From positions 351,452 through 415,451 of the forward strand of contig NW_019217845.1 in assembly GCF_002571385.2 (NCBI RefSeq): DNA of 64,000 nt, given 5' to 3'. Source of the stretch: Stylophora pistillata. Lineage: Eukaryota. The first letter of the stretch is position 1; each line of letters begins with the position of its first letter. Shown piece by piece: positions 36,501-46,519 of the stretch. The notes under the pieces are model-generated. The model was not told the DNA's origin, made no database searches, and saw nothing but the letters and a program-made list of their open reading frames with translations. The position numbers and the translations under genes are program-made.

Positions 36501-39500
36501 GGTACAGAAGTTTTAAAGCTGACATTTTGAGTGTTTGCCCTTTGACAAAGGGCAAACACTCGAAACATCAACTTTGAAACTCTTTACAGTGGCCGATTTA
36601 CATCATCAAATCAGTTGATAAAACCAAAATTACCCCAGAAATTTAGGTTCCATATTTTTCTGATCTACCACTAAGCTACATAGAACATATGGCTAGCTAG
36701 GGCACTATTAGGTTCATATATGACACATATTTTGCATACTCATGTGCTTGGATTAGTAATGTCAAAAACGTCATGAGAGCAAATGGAAAAAGAAAAATGG
36801 TGACCTTTGAGTACACTAGAAGAGTTAATTTTAACCATTCTCTACCCACTCCATTTTTTTTAACCTTTTAACTCCCAAAAGTGATTAATATGTAACTTCC
36901 CCCTTTAATACCCATACATCATCCAGCAAACAGGTAATGAGAATACTCTAACTTATCAGGTAGAAGTTGTTACCTTGATCTAACACCAAATGCACATCAC
37001 TAATTTACATGAAAATGTGTAGCAGCAATAGGGGAGAATTAACAATCCGATCATGGGAGTTAAAGGGATAAGGAACATGGACAGAAGACATGTTATTTGG
37101 CACGTTTATCGATTATCCTATGATTTCCAGAATATTCTTGTTTAGTCCTTTAGGAAAGTTCTAGTAGTTCCGGCATGAGTGCATGACATCTATTTATAGA
37201 AACTCGAGTTGTTTAAAGGTTCTATGATGTAATGTTACTAAAAATAGTCGTGTTGTAAATCTGTAGAATCTTCTAGAAAGATTGTGGGGAACTATACAAG
37301 AAGGGGCAGTAGGTTGTTGCGTTTAGAGGAAAAAGAAGAAGAAGAAGAGAAAAAGATAAAGGAAATAAAGGACATAGTGAAAACAATTCATTTCAAGGTT
37401 TATCACGAAAGCAGAACAAGTGTACTGATATGATTCAGTCATAACAGATTGGTCACATTGGTCAGTTTCTGGGTTATGTTTATTAACATTGAAAACAAGC
37501 AATTTACTTAATCATTTAGTATTTACCTTTAAATACAATGCCAAGAGTGGACGATGATGGTGTGCAAGCAGCAACAGGCCTCAGTTCTGAAAACAAAACA
37601 AGGTAGCATAATATTAAAAAGACAGTTCAGGCTTGAAAGAAACCACATCAATGTAGTTCCCGTTATATTGGCGAAACTAGTCGCCACCTCTCTACTAGGA
37701 TAAAGGAGCACATGGAAAGCGATAAAAACTCACATATTTTTAAGCATTTTAACACATCTCCTTCTTGTAAGAACAAATACTCCCTTTCTTGCTTTAATAT
37801 TCTGGATTCTGCCAACAACTCAATTGATTTAAAACTCAAAGAAGCTTTTTATATAAATAAGATCAAACCTGAACTTAACAAACAATTACAGCATTATAAC
37901 ACTTTTCTAGCAGTTTAGTTCACACCTTTAATTTCATGTTTCACGTTGTAATTAGTACCCGCTTTGTATTACATCATACTGAAAATATTTTATTCATCTA
38001 CTTGTCTGTTATATAATTACTCATTTGAAGATGGCATAAGCATGCTGAAACATGTCTTTAAAAAAAGTTGTATATTTCTTACAATAAAAACATTGCAAAG
38101 AAAATGTTTTATACTCACGTAGAACAGAAGCTGTGATTTGGAATTATTACAATTTGTATACATTTGAAGAACAGAGGCAGTAGGGGTAAAGTTTTCATGT
38201 TTCTAATTGGAACTACACACTGCCTTTACTAACATTCAGTATTATTTGAATTTAAAACAGGTGAAATTAAAGCACTGATGTCAGTAGCATACCTGAGATC
38301 CGAAGAGCTTCACAAGGTTTATCAATATAACATTCTAGGTAATGTTCCTTGCATTCTGAAAGATCACAATGAAATAAATCAAGTATCAATAATGCTGATA
38401 ACTGTGGAAGACCCAGTGACCTAATGATAAGTGCACTGGACTCCAGGTTGAGATGCACCTCTAGACACTTCACTCTGACAGTGCCTTTCTTCACCCTAGA
38501 GTATAAATGGGTAGCGGCAAATTGTCAGGGAAGCCTGATGAAATACTGGGGGGTAACCTTGCATCCCATCCACTGGGGGAGTAGCAATACGTCTCCTGGT
38601 TGCCGCATGCTATATGGAAACTGGGATAAGTTCCCCCTGGCTGGGCCAGAAGGCTGATAACTACCATTGCACAATTAACTATGCGTGAAATAAGCTCAAG
38701 TTGGCATCATGTTTTCATGTCACTTTGTGGCACTCTTATTACAATGAAATTCATTTGAGAGGTGGAAATGCAGGTAGGTGAGAACTTTTTTTAAATTCAG
38801 CTTCCAGTAGATTTTTAAAATTGTCACATAACCCACACCTTCCTAGTACCCACAGTGGTGCATGTTTAATGTAAAGTTAACAGATTACCCATGGGTAGGT
38901 AGGTAGGTAGGTAGACTTTATTTAGCCAGGGTGGCTAAATAAAGGCCCATTCAGCAACGAGGCTGATATCCAGAGGGGCCCTGGAGTAAACAGCCGGATA
39001 TTACGGTAGATGCTAATGTACAAGGATTAGTCTAAACAGTACATTTTTACATTAAACATCAATAGTAACAATCATCAAGCATAGAAGTTACTTAGTACAC
39101 ATCTTGATCACTGATTTTACTTTAGTAGCCATCTCCCATTAACTTTTTAACATCTAAGAATGACTGGCTTCTAATTTCTCCTAACGTTATCACCCTTTAA
39201 TTAAATATAAAGGGCACCAGAATAAAAAAAAGGATAACAATTCAAGATGCTCCTGATCATATCAAACAAAATTTCCCCTCGTCATAACAAACATACATAC
39301 CATAAAGTTGAAAATTTGGACAGTTTTGACAAGGGGTTACTTTCCATGAAAATAGTAAAGTTCAGTTATGATAATTTCACTATGGCCACCTAACAAACTT
39401 TTGTGAATATTTTTCTGCATGAAACTACTGACAATATTTTGACCAGAATTTGAAGAAATCATGTCAAAACAATGACAAAGGCTTTTTAAGGAAACATAGT

Positions 39501-41253
39501 AGTGTGATAATTGAGTTACGAGCATACCAGCAGACAAACATTAGAAATACATTATTTTACCTTCTTCTGTTTTGCTCTGCACTTGCTTGGCAACCTCTGT
39601 CCTGAGACATAAAAAATTTTTAAATCTTTAGTTGTAAGCTTTACAATCACACATACACAGACACAAAAAAAACTAGACTAAGACCTCTTTACAGTAGAAA
39701 ATGCATCTGAAAATCTGTAACTAACTCACCAGTTTTGAAAGCCACAATCAGAGATACTATTCAAAAGCTCACACTCTTCTTGAGCACTCCAGTTCTTCTC
39801 CAAAACTGGAAAATTGTTGCTCTAGACCAGAGACAAATGTATAGGACTATATCAACAGTTTCTTTGAAAGATGAAGCAGAATTGTCTGTGCCTCTGAATT
39901 ATTATAATTATATACTATGGTTCAAACTTTTCTTGTTTCAGAATAGGGGCCAATGCAATATGATTTTTATTTCCTTTTGGCTCAGGTTATGATAACTGAA
40001 TTGTAATTTACATTTAAATGTACCCCAGCAAAAAGAAGGTAGTGAGTGACTCTACTTCAACCAAGTAATTCACTCAGTCAGGGGCCCATCCCAGTTTCCT
40101 CAGCGTAGAGACTACGATTGTCACTACTCCCCTTAGGATGGGAAACTAGTCCATCACAAAGTTACACTCCAGTATTATATCAGGCTTCCCTGACAATTTA
40201 CCAGTACCCATTTCTACTCCTGAGTGAAGAGAGGCATTATGAGAGTAAAGTGTTTTGTCCAAGAACACGACACATTAAACAGGCTGCATATCCAACCTGA
40301 ACCTCTTTACCCACACTCCAGCGCACTAAATATTACTGGCCACTGTGTATCCCAGCCAAAGGGAACTACTAAGAAAATACATTTCAAGCTTTTTCATTCT
40401 TCTTCATTAATTTATTTTGGAAAGATATCCATATAACCCCATACATTAATTATGTATTCTATTTCATAAAGACTAAATAAAAAGGTTTCTTTGCAACATG
40501 TATGGAGGTTATACGGAAAACTTTGCCTTGTCTTTTTATGTTGAAGGGCTCACTTTCCAAACAGCAGCTAGTAATAAAACCTAATTGAAATAATGAAATA
40601 GGCAAAGAACAGAAAGGGTTAGAAGCAGCCACGTGGATAAAATAAGACATAGGATTCAACATTTTATGGTCATTTAATATGCATGTCTCTTGCCCTTCAA
40701 ATGTCCTATAAATCACTTACTATTATTTCATAACTGTGATCACTTCGGTGTTCCTTATCTTCAGCTCCTCTGGAAAAGCACTAAAAAGGGAACGTTCAAC
40801 AGGAATTTTAGGGGAAGAAATTCTGTATGCGTGTGGTTGCGATTTCAACAATGTTGCTTTTTCTTCTTATGTAGATTTACTAGACTCATGCGGCTGTAAT
40901 TTTTAACATTACTTTGAGACTAAGGGAGCAGCAGTTAAAGGATAAAATGGGTATTGCACATTTTATTTAAAATTAATTCTTTTGAAATACTTTGTGTTTT
41001 GTGTTGAACTGGAAAAGGCGCAGAACGTTGCAGTAGGAGGGAAATCAAACCTCTAAACATATATCCACTGTAGGCCTGCACTGCCGGCATCTTATAAAAG
41101 GTTCTTTAACAATTCCACGACACACCAAGCATTCACGACTGTCGTCACACACTAAATGGTTCTCTGAAATGAAGTGAAATGTCGATTAACAAATCAAAAA
41201 ACACATAGCACTGATCAATAACGTTAACACAAACCTTCGACAAGAACTGCCAT
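30524..41253 (-). CDS. TADA2A: Transcriptional adaptor 2-alpha (ZZ finger, SANT, ADA boxes, SWIRM), ~20 exons
   Basis: Exon 1 41235-41253 (MAVLVE); exon 2 41051-41151 (CLVCRG...FIRCRQC...DICLE); CFSRGAE...HRSDHSYEI; WSAQEECELL...GFQNW; GYMPCRGDFDVEYDNYAE; last exon 30524-30715 LCSNLRL...LRLAQARTLIRIDVNKTRKMYNFF. Confidence 0.93.
31442..31687 (+). mobile_element. tRNA-related SINE-like insertion with 15-bp target-site duplication
   Basis: TATGAATGCCTAATT at 31427-31441 and 31688-31702. Internal GGCTTGTTAGCTTAGTTGGTAGAGCA...GGGTTCGAATCCC followed by a T-run. Confidence 0.85.
32157..32400 (+). mobile_element. tRNA-derived SINE (second family)
   Basis: TAGCTCAATTGGTTAGAGCG (A box) ... GGTTCGAGCCCC (B box), followed by a non-tRNA body (CTCGGATAAGGACGAATAAACCGTAGG). 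Confidence 0.75.
32500..32740. repeat. Degenerate 5-mer minisatellite (CGTGA/CGTGC/CGTAA-type)
   Basis: Repeats such as gtgacgtgacgt, gtgccgtgccgt and gtaacgtatcgtaac. Confidence 0.8.
33049..33600 (-). mobile_element. 3' end of a CR1/L2-clade LINE
   Basis: ORF tail YILRGQGSNLVQPRFNSEWLHKSFSFMASKLWNKLP...IKAFK, then a 3'UTR hairpin (AGAGCTTACG...CTCGTAAG), AATAAA and a (CTTA)n tail on the minus strand. Confidence 0.8.
35365..35524. mobile_element. MITE/palindromic repeat
   Basis: CAGTCAAGTTGCCCGAAAGTCA ... TGACTTTCGGGCAACTTGACTG. Confidence 0.7.
37600..38090 (+). mobile_element. Penelope-like GIY-YIG fragment with 3' hammerhead-like motif
   Basis: YIGETSRHLSTRIKEH then SHIFKHF...FNILDSANNSIDLKLKEAFYINKIKPELNKQ, followed by UUGAAGA-U-GGCAU-AAGC-AUGCU-GAAA-CAUG-UC at 38025-38056. 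Confidence 0.85.
40070..40350 (-). mobile_element. CORE-like SINE remnant; relatives at ~17560-17830, 24650-24905, 38415-38655
   Basis: Shared CTAGTCCATCAC...TACCCATTT...GAGAGGCA..TGAGAGTAAAGTGT..TGTCCAAGAACACGACAC block. Confidence 0.55.
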
Positions 41254-42781
41254 TTTAAGATCCGCGCGTTTTGTGGCAACATTGGAGACTGAGGTTTAGT
41301 TCTCAGCCTTCTCGCTAATGTGGCGGGGTCGGGGAGACTGGGGCTTCCTATAAAGAGGAAACCCAAGAAAAAGAATGTAACGGAAATGTGCAAAGAAGAC
41401 AGTTTCAGGGAGGAAGACTGGGATAGAGAAATTTCAAGTTTAGTCAGTAAGACAGCTATGAGCGTATAGGTACCCCAAGACCTTTCTGGATTTCTTTGCC
41501 CCAGCGAAATATGAAAACTCCTTTCTCCGCCTTTTGGTTGCACCGTGATCGAGTTCAAAGGATAATGGATGCACACATACTCAATGAAAGAAAAGGAAAA
41601 TTTTCAAAATTGCAAGATAAAGGAAAAACATGATCGGTGACTTAAGCTTTGCAAAAATACTCCGAAGCGCTAGGCTTCAATGCAAAATTGGCACAGTAAA
41701 ATAAAATATATCCAAGTCCGCAAATAATGAAAAGCGCTTTCACTCAAACTTTTTGTTCCTCTATGCAAGGATCAAACTTAATCAAACGCTTTGGAAACAT
41801 GTAGAGATTTATAGCTAATTATGACAGGAATTTAGGAACCATGCAGTGCGGGTAAATTTCGGCAGCCCCGTCATATACAGCTTTCCTTAACATACTCCTT
41901 GCTTTAATTATTCACCCTATATTTGTAAATAATTTTTTTAGTTTAGTCGATCTCTTCACGTTGGAATCAAATCTTCTTTTGATAATGTTGACATGTCGTC
42001 TCCGAAACGTCATATTTTAATAGCATAGCTTTTTATTTTTCAATGAAATTTCAAAAAAAAATAAGAATAATTGCAATAACTTCTTGAAATTGATAGAAAT
42101 AATTAACAGAATTGACGCTACCCACCCAGATCAGCTAATGCTGAATATCATTCTTAATGTGCTCCTGTTTTAATTAAAATATCTAATAATTAAACAAAGA
42201 AGATGATAAGCGCTAGCCCTTCTACGCATTGCCAGATTACTTTTTGTAAGATATGTCTTGGCGGCTTAGCGAGAAGAATCATGAGGTTTAAAATTCAGTC
42301 ATAAACTTGGAGTTATTTTGTATGTAATGAACGTTCCAAGTCAGTAATAGCAATAAAAGAAGACAAGAGAGAAGATGTTAGGTGCTATGATTTTCGTCTC
42401 GCACTGAATTCCGTCTACTTCCCAGTGTTCGCCTCAATGTGTTTATTACTTGATTCAATCGTTGGCTGAGAACTCCAAGAAACGGCCGTTCCCGTGAGGC
42501 CTAAAAAAAAAATGCATAAAATGAAGTATTAAAGAAACTCCGATACAAAATTTTAATTTGAAGATGAAGTTGAGCTCGGTAACCCGAAACAGTTCGGGAA
42601 AATGAGCCCGCACTCCTTCCTCGTAGTTCCCTCTCGGGCCTTCTCAGAAGGATCACAGAGCGCATCAGAGAGACGACGAAAATAAAGCAAACTTGAAGGC
42701 TAAAGCAAGTCCCTTTAGAAATTCGAGGGGTTACAGAAGTCCCGGAGGATTCCTGTCGTGTGAAATTGGGTAAAGATCCTC

Positions 42782-43743
42782 TCAAAATGAAGACGGGTGT
42801 CCGGAAACACCATCTGTGTTTGACGGTGTGTTTTGATTCACCCACCCTTGGTAACCCTTCTTCTTCTGTCTTATTCTCTCGTAATCATAACACGCATCAA
42901 GATAGGATGGAATGCATTGTTTTCACTGTTTTAAATTGAAAAGGATATCTTGTATGAAGCCAGAAAGCACATAAAAGGTTTACCATACTGGTTAGAAGCA
43001 ATGGTACATAAAATAGTGTCGCTCTCCTTCCCACCCCCCTCCCTTCCTTACCCTCCCCTCCCTCTCAAAGCTTAGAAATCTATATCGAGAATACCCCTTA
43101 CTATTTTGATTCTTTCTTCCAGAAGTTTTCGCTTGGAAATTTCTCTCTGCAGCTTGAAACGAAGAATGTGCACATTCTCGGAGAGTCTCTGTTCTTTGGC
43201 CTTAGATTCATGTCTTTCTTTCTGCAAAAGATCGCCAGTAGTAAATTAAACAAATTTATTTAGTCTGACCACATCGTTTGGACAAAACAGACAATAGGTC
43301 CAATCCGAGAATTAAGTTGGGGTATTTAATTTCTACCGGTATACTCAGTGCAAAGCCTAGATGATGATGAAAACAGCGGATATAATCATGTTACCGTTTT
43401 TGTTTTAAGCTTTTCATTCAGATGAAGAAACTTGCATTCCTCTGCTCGCAAAGCGTCCCTTGCTTTACATATTTCAATCTCCATATTCTTGATCGTATTT
43501 CTTTGGTTTTTGTTCTCTACAAACAAAACAGATTTTTCGCGTCTCGTCTTTTTCAGAAGCCGTGCTGCGAAAAGTCAAATCATAAAATATGAGAAGAAAT
43601 AGCTCTACCACCGAATCAACTCCATGTGAAATAAATTATTCATAACTAACCAAATACATGAACTAACCACATAATTCAAACTTCTTTTCTATATTGAGAA
43701 GATCCCACTCAAATTCTTCACCCGATTGTGATTTTTCCTCCAT
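42782..43743 (-). CDS. Unannotated coiled-coil protein (~167 aa); exons 43743-43668, 43564-43395, 43221-43102, 42987-42949, 42880-42782
   Basis: The first three exons have canonical GT-AG sites and join in frame (MEEKSQSGEEFEWDLLNIEKKFELCARLLKKTRREK...LRFKLQREISKRKLLEERIKI). The last two exons are less certain and require an AT-AC intron. Confidence 0.65.
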
Positions 43744-44029
43744 GGCTGGAATCCTCACTAAAATTCATAACACAAATGAATCGTAAATTAATAATAACTT
43801 TTTAGAAGCAGACATTGATATTACTCCTTTAAATGAATACATTCATTGGTTATGTCGCGAGAAAACCTTCGCTTGTAAATTAGAATAATACAAAACATAA
43901 CGGTAAATTCAATTAAACCCAAAAATGATTTTTGCCCACCTGTATGACCTGTTAAAGATCTTTTTAGGGTTGAATTACTTGCCATAATCTATCCACTTTT
44001 ATGACGTCATCAATACGATCATCAGAAGC

Positions 44030-44600
44030 GCGCACTAGTCAGTGCCACTAGTCAGCCACTAGTGGCAGAAACTGCAAATCAGCGACAAGTGGCCAAAATG
44101 AATAAACTCAAAATCGGCCACTAGTAACAAAAATCTCAAATCAGTCACTAGTGACTAAAATCGAAAAACGATTACTATTGGCTAAAATCCCAAAACGGCT
44201 ATTAGTGGTCAAATTCGCAAAAGGGCCACTAATGGCCAAAATCACAAATCGCCCCCTATTGGCAAAAATCCTATAAGGGCAACTGGCGGGAAAAATCCTA
44301 AAACAGCAACTAATGGCCAAAATTCCCAAACGGCCACTAGTCGCCAAAGTCCAAAAACGGCCACTATTGCCCACGATCCCAAAACGGCCACTAGTAGCAA
44401 AAACACAAAATCTGCTACTAGTGGCTAGAATCTCTAATCGGCCAATAGTGCCCAAAATCCCAAAATGGCCACTAGTGGCGAAGATCCCAAAACAGCCACT
44501 AGTGGCCAAAGTTGCAAAACGCACACTAATGGGCAAAGTCGCAAAAACGGGTACCAGTGGTCAAAATCGCAAAGTGGGCACTAGTGGACAAAATCGCAGA
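44030..44600. repeat. 27-bp minisatellite, consensus ~GGCCACTAGTGGCCAAAATCCCAAAAC, ~20 degenerate copies
   Basis: 9-aa periodicity of the spurious ORFs (AKIPKRPLV) and a palindromic core GGCCACTAGTGGCC. Confidence 0.9.
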
Positions 44601-45593
44601 ACGATGGATTTAACTGAGTGGTTGTGAGGGTGAAACGTGAGAGTGAATGGAATGCGGTCGGAATCTTCCTTATGCGACGTTTGTAGTGCTGAATGTCGAT
44701 CAATAAGTTGGGCGCGGTGGTAACCCGCCTGAAGGACAGAAACAGGGCAACCACGTTTATCGAAAAACTGGCACATTGACTCTGATTTGTGTGGAAATCA
44801 GAGTCATCACTACATAAACGACGAAGTCTTAGAAACTGAGATAAAGGAATTGAATTCTTAACGTGAGATCGATGCGAAGACGAATATAACAAGTAATTAT
44901 GCGAGTCTGTAGGTTTGTAATGCACACTAGTGCATAAACCGTTGCCTTCAATTGAAACTTTGATGTCTAAAAATGATAAAGAATCGTCAGAAATTTCCCA
45001 GGTATATTTCAGACCCGGATGAAAAGAATTTACTGCGGTTATGAATTGAGTGAGCTCCTCTCTGGTAGAGGAGGTAGCGCCGATACAGTCGTCGATGCAG
45101 CGACCGTAGAGTTCAGGTTTGGAGCCATTGTATTGGCTGAAAAATTGATGTTCGACAAAACCTACAAAAATATTGGCATAGCTAGGTCCCATTTTGGTGC
45201 CCATGGCTACACCATTGGTTTGTTTGAAGAAGTTGTTTCCGAATGAAAAACAATTGAGTGTGAGCACTAGTTCGGCTAAGCGCAGTAGTCTTTCAGATTT
45301 ATCTTCCTTAACAGTACGTTGATTAAAAACCTTTTTAAGGGCCAGAAGGCCTTCGCCATTAGGAATGACAGTGTAAAGAGACGTAATATCCATGGTGAAA
45401 AGAAGTTTGTTTTGGCCAAGGAAATTAAAGTGTCAAAAAATTTGAAGAGCGTGTTGGCTGTCTTTAATCTATGATGGTAAAGTTTTGTTGATGGGAGCCA
45501 TAATTTTGTCAAGATAGCTGGAGATAAGTTCGGTAGGGCAACTGCAAGCCGAGACAATGGGCCGGCCCGGGTTGTTAGGTTTGTGAAGGTCAC
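44598..45593 (-). mobile_element. Penelope-like reverse transcriptase, truncated and frameshifted
   Basis: PGRPIVSACSCPTELIS; MDITSLYTVIP; FKQTNGVAMGTKMGPSYANIFVG; YGRCIDD (YxDD mutated); LSFLDI; VHYKPTDSHNYL; SQFLRLRRLCS; IPFTLTFHP. Confidence 0.92.
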
Positions 45594-46519
45594 GAATAGA
45601 CTGTCATATATAAAAACAGTAATATTTACTTGATCTATTTATAATATCTAAACTTTATAAAAATAGGTATTTACAACTAAATTCACCTGTAATTATAGCT
45701 AGTATACATAAATTTACGTTCTTCCCTAAAATATATATGACCTATTTTCTATAAGTTAAAAGAGCACCGCTACTCAAGGAAGTAAAGCTCTAGTACTATA
45801 AAATTCATCACATCCTTACTGTGTCTGTCACGTTTGAAGAATGATTTCGTGCCACGCGGCCACGAAAATTGAGAAAAATTAGCGAATGGTAACAAGAGAT
45901 TTTTGCAACAAAATCAGCATCAAATTCCAGCGTGGTATAAAGTGATCTACGGTTGCTTAACTAACCAATCAGAGTGCACGCATTAATTATGAGATAAAAA
46001 AAAAAAAGCGAAAAAGGAAGATCAGCTCATTTTGTTTCCCAAGTAATTATAAGAGGGAGGTCAAATCGCAGCTGAATAACAATATTATTTCTTGTAAGTA
46101 CCGTCACACAAAAGTCGGTTAACTGACTACAGCTCAGAAATTCATTCCTCTGATTTCCTCAGTAGGTGCTACACGAACTATTGCTCTCAAGTTGTAAGAA
46201 TTACATATCCTAACAGAAATTTTCAATTGAACGTCATAAGTGATCCGCCATAGCTTTAGTTATGACTTACTGCACTCCTTGACAACTCGCGCCACCCTCT
46301 CAACCAATCAAATCACGCAGAACAAAAACCAATCACAACTTCGCTACCCTAGTTTACCGCGCTTTTCATCGTTTTCTTCCCTCGTTTTCCCGCGCTTTTG
46401 ACCGTTTGCTTGTGTTTTCTTTTTCTTCTCATTGGCTCCTAAAGATATCTATCTTTACTCTGATTGTCTTTTATGAAGTAAAGAGTAAAGAGCTTACAAT
46501 TTGGAAAAAATTAACATTA

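Noticed and set aside
41145-41576. 143-aa ORF upstream of TADA2A
   Set aside because: No recognisable motif, non-ATG start, and it overlaps the TADA2A promoter and first exon out of frame.
42782-42926. Selenocysteine UxxC motif (cag|TGA AAA CAA TGC) in the hidden gene
   Set aside because: No SECIS recognised downstream and no thioredoxin-like context; the AT-AC intron or a simple stop explains it more economically.
44141-44627. Repeat-protein ORFs on both strands
   Set aside because: Translation artefacts of the 27-bp minisatellite.
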